Source: Macrostomum hystrix
Lineage: Eukaryota > Animalia > Platyhelminthes
Direction: 5' to 3'
Assembly: GCA_950097015.1 (NCBI GenBank)
Contig: CATNEN010000011.1
Span: 5,332,001-5,396,000, forward strand
Length of the DNA: 64,000 bases
Position numbers and translations under genes: made by a program. The notes under the pieces were generated by a model. It did not search any database, was not told where the DNA came from, and saw only the letters and a list, made by a program, of their open reading frames with translations. This document shows, in pieces, positions 36,601 through 46,994 of the stretch; position 1 is the stretch's first letter, and the number at the start of each line of letters is the position of its first letter.

Positions 36601-39181
36601 CTTATATTTCTGCAAAATTTCTAGACGACAGAAACAAATATTCTTTTTTCGCATGGCAGCCCCCGGCTGATAAGCTGATTAAAAAACCTGATGACGGATG
36701 GCATGAGCGGCGCGTGGAGTGGGGTGGGCCGGCGGGTCCCTGCAGCTAACATCTGTGGCCGAATCGCTGCTGGACAAGTGGCATACCGTTAGGCCAGCCA
36801 ATAGCGGCGCGACTGGCGATCGTAAGTGGAGGTGGGGATGCGGCGGCGCATTGAGGCCTGCATCACTAACAAGAATAATCGGGCAGAGCAAAAACAAGCG
36901 TCTCTCTCTACTCATAGTAATTACAATAGTAGTCAAACAAGTTATCAACAGCAATCTTATAATTCCATTTTGGTAATCCTATTTTGGTTCTTGACTCAGT
37001 TATACATATAGCTAGCAAGCCGCAATTCAAAGTCAATCGTGCATACTCGAGCAGCTTCTTCTTGTGTTCAATCGTCTTTTGATAATAAAGTTTTAGATCT
37101 AGTTATACGAGTATAGTCTACGTATATTGCGTTTATAACCTTTTGATTTGCTGTGCCACGGACCTTTCAAATCACGGCGCTTTCAAATAAAATATTTTCG
37201 TCTTTTCGACCCCGCCACAACTGGGCAGAATATTGTGGATGCGTTAATAAAGCAAAATAGATACGAGCGAATTAAAAAAATTAACCCATTTTTGCCACAT
37301 CGTCGGCATTGTAACACAGCAAACAGAAAATGCTGCAAGTGGAATAAAAGGGGTAAATTAAATTAATTTATAATATGCACTGACATATTCATCACTTCTT
37401 TCGTTGTACAGAATGGTATCAAATACTTTATGTGCGGCCCATTAATTTTCTCGATGTTTTAAATGTAACTCCAAACTTTATATATAATATGTTACGTACT
37501 TCTACTTCCTGGCTGTACTAAGAATCGACTTAACTCAAGCGCTATCAAACCAAGGACGACTAGGACTAGAAGTTAAAAATGGCCTAGTGGTCCTTGCATG
37601 AAACAAGTACCTCAGTAGCATTTTGTTATACTACAGTGGTCTTTGCTATTAAACAGCCTAATTTGAATCGGTATGCAACGCTGCTACGACAGCGGATCAC
37701 ATTGGTTTAGGTTTTCGGATTTCAGAACTAATCACTAGCGTCGAAAGGAGCTAGTTTAACAAAGTATGTAAGTGGAATGCGAAAGAAATCCGATTCATAT
37801 TCCAGAAATAAAAATACATAATAATAATAATGCATAAATTAGATATTTGACACATTTTTATAGATTATTCCATAGTTATCTTATCAATTTTCGCTTTTCG
37901 GCGTCTTTTGACAAGATCCATTTCAAATTTAGGTACCTTGTTCGGAAAAGTTTGTCAATGACTAATATAGGCCTAAATGTTTCTAATTTTTCATTACTTT
38001 TTACAGCGCAGTCTTTCTGTTTAACAAAAAACTGGCGACGTGATATAGTTTATATTACGAAATTCCCTTTCAATTTTGTATACTTTAATTTATCAATATA
38101 AAAAAAATAAAATTAAGCTATTTTAGGTTACGATACAAGGTACTAAACATTTATTTTAAGTCTTGCTTAAAATTTGTTGCAACAATAGCTATCAATTACC
38201 AAGTCTGCGTGTATGCTGTCTTTTCACAACTGCTGATGCAGGTGTTCACAATCTCTGCCTAGCTTAGCAATGTGCCTTTATGTAAAAATTTTACTTAAAT
38301 TTTTACAAATTCTACAAAGGTAAAAATTTGTAGAATATTTATAGAACAAGCTAAGATGGCTAACTTTCTAATCAGGGCAATTATAAAATTAGCTGGGCTA
38401 GTTATAGGCCTAGTACTTTTCATCAATGGAAGAGTGGTTGTGTTTGGAACATGTTTGACAACATGTGCATCCTTTTCATAGGGTTTTTTCGTTTTTAGTA
38501 CCTAGCTACTTCTACAGCTCATCTACCAATTAGCTATGATTATATATTTATATTTTATTTCATAAAAAACTTGCATTTCCTGCCTTTGTATTTTGCATCT
38601 TTTATCGTTTTTATTGCACTGATGAAGCCAAGATTTTTTGTCCAGTGGTCATAGGCACTTGCCCAATCCATTATGCCACACCTATTGGCCAAGTGCAGCA
38701 GCCCAGAAATTCCCAAATAGGTCATGCATGCTTACCTCGACCCCCAAATTAGCAATGCCACTGCTTTATAAAAGCTTTTGGTTTTACTTGTCAATTTCCC
38801 TTATAAGACTATAAAATGTTTCAATATTTTATTTGAAGATTTCTTCTTAAAGACTTAGCTTGCTTGGTAAAAGTAATTTTTTATAAGAAATAGTTTAAGG
38901 AGTGCCATTTTTGCATGAGAAAAAGCATATAGCTCTAACTATATGCTAACATATTGGCTTTTCCATGGTTTTTTAATTTAATTTATTAATTAGACATCTG
39001 ACATTTGACAGACTTTGACATTAATCTATAATTTAATTTTAAGGTTTGGCTTAAAAATGAACATATGTTTGGCTATTTATTATTACAAAAGTAATTAGCC
39101 AAAAAATGTGTTGTTCTCTCATTTCAGCCAATTGTTAAGTCAAATTTATTCTAAACTAAACTAGACACTCCGAGCTCAACC

Positions 39182-42100
39182 ATGGCCCAGGCGAGGCCAT
39201 TGCCACCTATTCCCAACTCAGCAGAGCTGTCAAGTCGTGTCATGGGTGGCGTTGCACTGCGCAATGCCCGCTCTGATCTGCTGGAGGCGATCCGCGAGAG
39301 TCGCCAACTTGACTTCGCAGACCTGCTAGAGCTAGACTTGTCTGCAAAGTACAAACTTGTTGACGCTCGCTCAGCTTTGGCGCGAGATAAAAAATCAGCG
39401 GAAGATGTCAAGCGAAATTGTTTGTACCTGCGCAACAAGCTCAAACACCTGCTGCATCCGTTAAAGGACAGGCCGCCAGACTGGAATGAGATGCAGACAA
39501 ATTTCTGCCAGTACCTACCAGGCGTTGAGCAACTACTCCAACGAATCGGCTTTGTGCAGCAGGGCAGCTTGTACGTCATTACACAGCAGACGCTGTCTCA
39601 GGAGGCATTGGCCGACACTCTGGTGGATTTATACTTGCTGGCTGAAGAGCTGACGCAGGTTATCAGGGGCACTCATCCACTGGGTGCCAAGCTTCTCCCC
39701 GCTGGCGGCCAAAAACCCAATGGACCCACCGCTGGTATTCATGAAAAGATGAACATAATGCAGCAGAAGCTCAACCAGATGTGTGACTTATGCGGCGAGA
39801 CGTCGGCCACGATTGTCTGCTTGGAGAGCCACTGCTCGAAGAAGCGCCTTTGCGAAAATTGCGATTCTCGCTGGCACAACCATCCGGACAGGCGGGTGCA
39901 TAAGCGACGCAACATTGCCGCAGCTGCTGGCGTCAATGCTGTTAAGCTAATTCCTCCGAATGCGATTGCTGCTGTTCAGCTGAACTCCGGCGTCATAAAA
40001 GTTGTGTCGAACAGCCAGGCAGTGAGCTACAAATCGCAGCTTGGACTGATGGGCAATCATGGCCCGGCTCGGCTGCAGCCGCCCACTTCGGCGAATGAAG
40101 CACAGGCTGTGAAATATCCGGAACCTGACGTTATTTTGCCAAGAAACTTTGCTCTCCCGAAGCCTCCGCCCAAACCAGACCAGCAGCAGAAGCATCAGTA
40201 TCAGCAGCAAAAAGATCAAAGTCAACAACAGCTAAATCTGCAGAGACAGCACCAAGAACAGCAGCAGCACCAAGAGCAACAAAAGCTACAGCGGCAGCAG
40301 CAGCAACAGCAGCAGCAGCAGCAGCTAGAACAACAAAAGCTACAGCTGCAGCGGCTGCAGCAAAAGCAGCAGCAAGAGCATAGTGAGGCAGACGAGCGTG
40401 TGATGAGGCTCAATGAATTTATGAAATCTTTGAAACCAATCGACGGAGATCGTGCTGTCTCCGTACCTGCCGGTGATATTTTTAGGCCACCGAGTCCCGA
40501 GGAGACATTCTATGACTGCCCAGAGCTACCAGAACCACAGCCAAAGGCACAACCGACGCCAAAACCTCGCCAGACAAAACCGGTAAAGCTGAGCCCGGTT
40601 CCAGCTACTCCAGTTGACGTGCATCGTGTGCGTCCTCAGTCGCCGCCTTCGCCTCCTAGGCCTGTGACGATCGAGTTGCCAGAAGATAACTGCTGGAATT
40701 GTCCTTTTTGCACAGCTCTTAATTCAATCGATGAAACTAAATTACTGAAGAGTAATCGCGTCGTTTGCGTGGTTTGCGGTCAAAGCAACGATAACAAAGA
40801 AATCATTGACAAGGTGAAGATGGCTAAGCAGCGGCAAGAAGAGAAGCCTTCATCGAACTTCGAGCAGCCTAAACAGGCCGCTGAACCAGTGCAAGTACCT
40901 TCAGGTGCGGAGCAGGTTTTATCTAATGATCAGGAGTGGTCGTGCTCTGCGTGCACTTTGCTGAACCCGAATTCTCGGAACAAATGCTCGGCGTGCGAAA
41001 GCGATCGCCCAATTTTCAATTATGCAAAAAGAGGCCCAGCTAAAGCAAGGCCGGCAATAGCCCGTCTGCAAAGCCCCAAGGCTCAAGCTGCTGCAAATCT
41101 GCAGTTGATTCAGTTGCTGAAAGACATTGAGACTGCTGGAACAGATGGTCGCCTGGCCCAGCTCTATCTGGTGACAACTGCTGATGAAGAAACCCCGTCT
41201 GAAGTTGGATTCCATGGTTGGGAAAAAAAGAATTGGCCAGATCTGATCGAGCAGATTGGCCGCGACGTTGCTAGAGCTTTGCAGGAGATGCACGCAGGCG
41301 TGGCTAACGTCGCGACGCGTCCTTCTTTTGACGACCTCGCAGCGTCTGTGCTGGAAAATCCGTGTGACCTTGAGAACGCTATTCAGGTTTGCGCTCAGCG
41401 GCATGTCCAGAAAGTGGCTTGGATTGCCAGGCACTGTCCGGAGTTGCTGCAGTCAGTTGAAGTAGACATTGATCTGCAAAATGATCTTTCAAAAGTATTC
41501 CAGGCTGCCAACGAACAGGCGTTTAAATACTTTGCGGAACACTTGTTTTCTAAGAACGCTGCTAAGGCCCCTGCGGCACCAATATTTCGAAAAATGAACT
41601 CAAGTGAAGCTGCGCACTACTGTCTTATGGCAGAGTTCGATTTAAGGAAATTTAACGATGCTGAAACGCTGTTTCACTTAATGCGTGAGACGGAATTTGA
41701 GAAATACGACATTGAAGATCTTGCTGAGGCTGCTAAGAACTGCGGTGAAAGCTGCGACTATATTGACTTGGCGAGAAAATACTTAAATAATCAGTGCAGC
41801 GCATGTCTTAGTGAATATCCAAAGCATAAGCTGCTTCCAATGGCCTCATGCCAGTGCGAGCTCTGCCTTGAGTGTTTTTACAATTTCGTCACAGAAAATG
41901 CTCGCAACAATAAACATGTGACCGATCTTCATTGCAGAATGTGTGAAACACCAAATGCAAACCAAGTGGAAGAGTTGGAGAGCCATTTTAGCATTCTCTT
42001 GCTTCAAATTAAGAGCTTCCAGCACCCGGAGCTCCGATTCGATGAAGCCGATGTTGATCTTGTTGAGAAGAAAATCACAGAGTGGAATCTCATTCGAGAC

Positions 42101-42883
42101 CCAAATTTTCGCTGGTGTAGCCAATGTGGCAATGGTCTGGTGCTGGGTGAGATCATGCTGGTCTTGAAGTTCCAGTGTCCTGATCCTGATTGTCTGGCCT
42201 ACACATGCAAGGACTGTGGGAAGCCTTGGGAAGACCAGCACGATGGCCTTGACTGTGAACAGTTTGAACAATGGCAAAGGGAAAATGATCCAGATTATCA
42301 GGAAAAGGGAATCGGATTCTTCCTGCAGGCCAACGGCATCCAATGTCCAAACTGTCGCTTCCAGTATGCTCTTGCCAAGGGTGGCTGTCTGCATTTCACC
42401 TGCAGGCAGTGCCGCTTCCAGTTTTGTGCCGGTTGCAACGGCCAATTTGAAATTGTTCAGGGCAGAGGCCTGAAGTGCAAACATCCAAGAGACTGTCTGT
42501 TCTACCTGAGAGACTTTGGCGTGGCTCGACTGCAGCAGCTGCTCATTGCTCACAAAGTAGAGTTCGAGACTGATATCCAGCCAGCAGTTGAGCATTGCGA
42601 AGTGATGGAGCAGAAGGAGATGGAAGGCAAGGGCTTATCTGATGAGCCGTGCGGAATCCAGGTGAATACTGGACAGGCGAACCTGTGCGAGAAGCACTAC
42701 ATTGAGTACCTTGTATCACTGGTGAACAAGCACAAGCTGGACCCTGTAAGCGTGATGGAGGAAGGTGAGCTGAGAGGAGTCTGCGTTCGGCACGACATCG
42801 ACTGTTCCGGTGTGGGCGAAAACAATTTGGTTGGACTGCAAGCTCTGATTCTTGGAAAAGTGCCGCTTAATGTGGGCAATTGA
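39182..42883 (+). CDS. RNF31: HOIP/RNF31 orthologue, full length (PUB, B-box, Q-rich, 2 NZF, UBA, RING1-IBR-RING2, LDD); array copy 1
   Basis: PUB-like N-terminus ending LAEELTQVIRGTHP; B-box CDLC...LCENCDSRWHNHPDRRVH; NZF WSCSACTLLNPNSRNKCSAC; IBR FRWCSQC; RING2 LAKGGCLHFTCRQC; LDD HPRDCLFYLRD...KHYIEYLVSLVNKHKLDP. Confidence 0.95.
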   Translation: MAQARPLPPIPNSAELSSRVMGGVALRNARSDLLEAIRESRQLDFADLLELDLSAKYKLVDARSALARDKKSAEDVKRNCLYLRNKLKHLLHPLKDRPPDWNEMQTNFCQYLPGVEQLLQRIGFVQQGSLYVITQQTLSQEALADTLVDLYLLAEELTQVIRGTHPLGAKLLPAGGQKPNGPTAGIHEKMNIMQQKLNQMCDLCGETSATIVCLESHCSKKRLCENCDSRWHNHPDRRVHKRRNIAAAAGVNAVKLIPPNAIAAVQLNSGVIKVVSNSQAVSYKSQLGLMGNHGPARLQPPTSANEAQAVKYPEPDVILPRNFALPKPPPKPDQQQKHQYQQQKDQSQQQLNLQRQHQEQQQHQEQQKLQRQQQQQQQQQQLEQQKLQLQRLQQKQQQEHSEADERVMRLNEFMKSLKPIDGDRAVSVPAGDIFRPPSPEETFYDCPELPEPQPKAQPTPKPRQTKPVKLSPVPATPVDVHRVRPQSPPSPPRPVTIELPEDNCWNCPFCTALNSIDETKLLKSNRVVCVVCGQSNDNKEIIDKVKMAKQRQEEKPSSNFEQPKQAAEPVQVPSGAEQVLSNDQEWSCSACTLLNPNSRNKCSACESDRPIFNYAKRGPAKARPAIARLQSPKAQAAANLQLIQLLKDIETAGTDGRLAQLYLVTTADEETPSEVGFHGWEKKNWPDLIEQIGRDVARALQEMHAGVANVATRPSFDDLAASVLENPCDLENAIQVCAQRHVQKVAWIARHCPELLQSVEVDIDLQNDLSKVFQAANEQAFKYFAEHLFSKNAAKAPAAPIFRKMNSSEAAHYCLMAEFDLRKFNDAETLFHLMRETEFEKYDIEDLAEAAKNCGESCDYIDLARKYLNNQCSACLSEYPKHKLLPMASCQCELCLECFYNFVTENARNNKHVTDLHCRMCETPNANQVEELESHFSILLLQIKSFQHPELRFDEADVDLVEKKITEWNLIRDPNFRWCSQCGNGLVLGEIMLVLKFQCPDPDCLAYTCKDCGKPWEDQHDGLDCEQFEQWQRENDPDYQEKGIGFFLQANGIQCPNCRFQYALAKGGCLHFTCRQCRFQFCAGCNGQFEIVQGRGLKCKHPRDCLFYLRDFGVARLQQLLIAHKVEFETDIQPAVEHCEVMEQKEMEGKGLSDEPCGIQVNTGQANLCEKHYIEYLVSLVNKHKLDPVSVMEEGELRGVCVRHDIDCSGVGENNLVGLQALILGKVPLNVGN

Positions 42884-43209
42884 AGTCTTCAGTGTTTTCA
42901 GATTGTTAAATATTTCCACGAAATCGAAACCGGAATTACAATTCTATTTCATCGACTCGTCATACTCGTCATACTCGTCACACAAAGACATTTTTGTCAA
43001 GCCTTTCGCTTCGTTTTTTTTATCTGACTTGACTTACTCCAGACACGTTCTGTCGTTATTGTCCTTTTTTATACAGCGCCGATTTGTTTCTGCTTCATGG
43101 TTCCCTTTTTGCTGGCTATCTGCCGCGCACTCTAAATTCCTGCCTGGACTTTTAATCATCGCTCATATGGCCTAGTTGTGGATAGGTAATAATTGTGTCA
43201 GCTTGTAGC

Positions 43210-43720
43210 TGATACGAAGCTTGTAGCTTTCACGAAGCACAGTCGATACCCTTAGCTTCATTGGCAGAAGTTTCTAATGATCCAGTTGTACTAATACCAG
43301 CTGATAATTTCAGTTAAAAAGTTCAAAATCGACTGTAACATTTTCGTATTGAGTCCAGGTAAAGAAGAATGATTATCATTATTCAAGAATTTATTGAATT
43401 TACACAAGATTTATCGACTATTAATTGTCTTTATAGCAGCATCATAAACATGTCCGCATAAAAGTTGAGGTTCAGTTTTATTGTTTAGTTAAGTCCACAA
43501 TGTTTTCCGATAAACTAAAGGCTTTCGATAATCACAATTTTTTTATCAAGATACAATTTATCTAATATTATAAACGAATTGAAAAACTGCCTATCTCTTT
43601 ACCATTCCAAACGTTGTACTTTTCCCATATATTGTCTGGTGTTTCTGTCGATGTCTTTGAAATATTTTCTTTAATTTTAGTAGCCAAATTCTCTTATTGT
43701 GTCGATGGTTCCACTTTGCT
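43210..43720 (-). mobile_element. Possible decayed Penelope-like element fragment
   Basis: The minus strand translates with stops to KIVIIESL*FIGKHCGLN*, resembling the GIY-YIG tail LxIxESLYIxxxxPxLN. Weak evidence. Confidence 0.35.
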
Positions 43721-44129
43721 ATGATTATTTCTTATCCAAATTCTTACAAAAATGTATTTATTTTTATAAAAAATTACTCTAGAGAAGCATACCTTTCTGC
43801 CGCCTGTGTCTAGTTCTACATGAAGTCAATAAATGCGAAAGCAAATACAGATGACGCAAGTACTTTTCATTCTGATTAACTTCACCATCTTAAATAAGCG
43901 CTAGAAATCTCATTTACTCGTCATTTAGGTACCCCGTAGCCTTAATCTTTATTTCTCAATCGGACTTCGTAATCCTGAAGCAGAGATCTCACAATTAAAC
44001 AATTGTTGCTATGGCACAAATGTTCTAGATCCAAAAAGGAGAGATCCCAAAACGTAAATAATGTATACCAAAATATTCAGACAGCGATCTCACAATACTG
44101 AAAGCAGATCCCGCATTCATGAAAGCAGA

Positions 44130-44675
44130 GATCCCACAGTCCTGAATCAGACATCCCACAGTCCTGAATCAGACATCCCATAATCCTGAATCAAAGATCC
44201 CACAGTCCTGAATCAGACATCCCATAATCCTGAATCAAAGATCCCACAGTCCTGAATCAGACATCCCATAATCCTGAATCAAAGATCCCACAGTCCTGAA
44301 TCAAACATCCCACAGTCCTGAATCAGACATCCCATAATCCTGAATCAAAGATCCCACAGTCCTGAATCAGACATCCCACAGTCCTGAATCAGACATCCCA
44401 TAATCCTGAATCAAAGATCCCACAGTCCTGAATCAGACATCCCACAGTCCTGAATCAAAGATCCCACAATCCTGAATCAGACATCCCACAGTCCTGAATC
44501 AGACATCCCATAATCCTGAATCAAAGATCCCACAGTCCTGAATCAGACATTCCATAATCATGAATCAAAGATCCCACAGTCCTGAATCAGACATCCCACA
44601 GTCCTGAATCAGACATCCCACAGTCCTGAATCAGACATCTCACAGTCCTGAATCAGACATCCCACAGTCCTGAAA
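44130..44675. repeat. 22-bp minisatellite (ATCCCACAGTCCTGAATCAGAC)
   Basis: About 24 units. Confidence 0.95.
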
Positions 44676-44769
44676 TCTCGTAATTTTAAGTCTAATATAT
44701 AGTGTTCCGGATATATTGATGCCGTTGCCCTAAAATAATAGTCTAGATTCTTATTAACTTGCCTTTCAG

Positions 44770-46674
44770 GCTGCAGATGCTAGCAAACGCGGCGCTTTGT
44801 CGCCTCGCCGCCCGAAGCTGGGTGTCGCTGATCAGCGCGCCAGCTGGCGTTGTCGCCACTGCACCTTCGAAAACCGTCTGGCTGAGACGAAACGAGCTCC
44901 CGTATCGGGCCGCCTCATTTGCGGCGTCTGCGGCAAGTCGTCCGGGCGCAACGGCTCTAACCTGGCTGCTGCGACTACTGCAGCTGAAACAGTCAGTCCT
45001 GTTGAAGATGGCGACTGTCCGCTCTGCCTGGAGTCGCATCGGCTGCTGCTGGCAATTCCTCTGTGCGGCTGCCGAGTCTGCTGCGACTGTCTGCGCCGAT
45101 TCGTTAGTGTAGGCCTGCGCAGCCACAGCTCCGTGACGCGCCTGGCCTGTCCGTTGTGCGACCGGCCGGATCCGGACACCCTTGCCGACGCCGAATGCGA
45201 GTACTTTCCGCAGCTGCGGAGCCTCCTTGCGCCTCGGCTGGAGCCGGAGATGCTGCGTCTGCTAGACGAGAGGCTGCGCGACTGGCGACTGGAGCTGAGC
45301 CAGAACTTCATGTGGTGCAGCGGTTGCGCCTTCGGCTTCGAAGTTGACGTCGACATTCGGGTGTCCAAAGTGCGCTGCCCGCACTGCGGCAAGGAGACGT
45401 GCAGGAAGTGCGGCCAGGCCTGGCACGAGAAGCACCGTGGCGTGAGCTGCCAGCAGTTCGGGTCGTGGCTGCAGCGGACTGACTTGGCACAGCGCGGTCT
45501 GACGCAGTTCCTTGAGAGCCGAGGCAGCAAGTGCCCGAAGTGCGGCTTCCAGTTCGAGCTGTCTCGTGGCGGCTGTCTTCACCTGAAGTGCTTGGAGTGC
45601 AGCGCGGAGTTCTGCAGCGACTGCGGCGGCCTGTTTGTTCGCACTGAGAGCAAGGGCCTGCACTGCCAGCACGGCTCGGAGTGCATCGAGAAGTTCAGAG
45701 ACTGGCCGATCAAGCGGCTGCGGCAGGCGGCGTCAGAGCGGGGCGTTCAGCTGACGATGTCGGGCGCAGCTGGGAGCTCCGGCGGTCGGTGCCGCCTCCA
45801 GGAGCAGAAGGAGACGAGCAGCGGTCTTTCGGACGTGGAGTGCGGCAGGCCGGCGGTCGAGGCCGGGCTGTGCGAGGCGCACTTTAAGGAGGCCCTCGTC
45901 AGCGCCATGCGGCGGCCTGACCGGCGGCTGTCGCTGCCGACCTTGGCTGAGGCGTCTGCGGCCAAGCAGCCCTGTGAGGCTGCCCTGTCACCAGACTTGA
46001 TCCAGATGATGGCTCGCCTGCCGCCGCCGCTTCAACCAACTTCTGCGCCGCAGCAACGCCCATCAGCTGCTCAGCGGGAGTCGTGGGTGTGCAGCCTATG
46101 CCGGTCTGTGAACTCTCCGGGACCCCAAGGTTCTCGCGCCAGCTGCCAGCTGTGCGACTCGCCCGCCTTCTCTGATGGGCCGTCACTTACGGCCCCGATG
46201 CCGCCGCCGCCGCCGCCTCCCATGGCGCCTTCTTCACTGCGTTATCTGTCCTCACCTGTTATTAGCTGCTTGGCAAGATCGCCTTCGGCTAACGGACTAT
46301 CTCGTCCGCCGCTGCCGACGCCTCAGTCTCTGAATCAAATTCAGCGCCAGCAGCAGCAGTTTCAAGGCCCACAAATACAACCGCTACAGTTTTGGTCATC
46401 TTCGCAAACAATGATGCCAATGCAGCCGTTTCAGCCAATGCAGCCGTTTCAGCCAGTGCAGCCATTTCAGCCAGTGCAGCCGTTTCAGCCAATGCAGCCG
46501 TTTCAGCCAATGCAGCCGTTTCAGCCAGTGCAGCCGTTTCAGTCAGTGGAGCCGTTTCAGCCAATGCCTCCTTTGATGTCTTTTGAAGCAATGCAGTCAT
46601 CACAACCAATGCAGCCGGTGCATTTAATGTGTTCGAGTCAGTCTTCGAAGCAGAGCCTAGCCAAGCCAAACTAA
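44770..46674 (+). CDS. HOIP-like copy 2: NZF-RING1-IBR-RING2-LDD-NZF plus Pro/Gln tail; no in-frame ATG at its start
   Basis: WRCRHCTFEN...CGVC, CPLC RING1, FMWCSGC IBR, LSRGGCLHLKC, CIEKFRDW, QEQKET...CEAHFKEAL, WVCSLC NZF. The frame is open from the phase-0 acceptor TTTCAG at 44769. Confidence 0.88.
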   Translation, partial: AADASKRGALSPRRPKLGVADQRASWRCRHCTFENRLAETKRAPVSGRLICGVCGKSSGRNGSNLAAATTAAETVSPVEDGDCPLCLESHRLLLAIPLCGCRVCCDCLRRFVSVGLRSHSSVTRLACPLCDRPDPDTLADAECEYFPQLRSLLAPRLEPEMLRLLDERLRDWRLELSQNFMWCSGCAFGFEVDVDIRVSKVRCPHCGKETCRKCGQAWHEKHRGVSCQQFGSWLQRTDLAQRGLTQFLESRGSKCPKCGFQFELSRGGCLHLKCLECSAEFCSDCGGLFVRTESKGLHCQHGSECIEKFRDWPIKRLRQAASERGVQLTMSGAAGSSGGRCRLQEQKETSSGLSDVECGRPAVEAGLCEAHFKEALVSAMRRPDRRLSLPTLAEASAAKQPCEAALSPDLIQMMARLPPPLQPTSAPQQRPSAAQRESWVCSLCRSVNSPGPQGSRASCQLCDSPAFSDGPSLTAPMPPPPPPPMAPSSLRYLSSPVISCLARSPSANGLSRPPLPTPQSLNQIQRQQQQFQGPQIQPLQFWSSSQTMMPMQPFQPMQPFQPVQPFQPVQPFQPMQPFQPMQPFQPVQPFQSVEPFQPMPPLMSFEAMQSSQPMQPVHLMCSSQSSKQSLAKPN

Positions 46675-46994
46675 CCAGCTGGCATTAGCAATGAAAACCA
46701 AGTTCTTAATAACCTTTGACAATATACACTCGCGTTCTTGCTCCGTGACAATGCTCGTATAAGATATTTTTTATTGAATTTGACTCAAAATAGCAAACTT
46801 GACTAGATATATTCATTGCAATTTAAAATCTCTCAGTGTGCAAAAGTATTTTTTCCTCTTGCTTGACTGATTTGTTTATCATCATAATGTTTTCATTTTA
46901 TATGATTCTTTATTTCATTTATTTTTTCTACTACTCGCATATAAATTTAGGTTGTGCTGGAAATGTGCATTTTAAGACTTATGACTCTTAATTG

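Noticed and set aside
37551-37596. 14-bp imperfect inverted repeat CAAGGACGACTAGG...CCTAGTGGTCCTTG
   Set aside because: Isolated, with no TSD or second copy; insufficient to call a MITE or Helitron end.
39260-39315. WH2-like motif ARSDLLEAIRESRQL in HOIP copy 1
   Set aside because: It aligns with the normal first helix of the HOIP PUB region (human AREELASALR) and lacks the LKKV-type tail.
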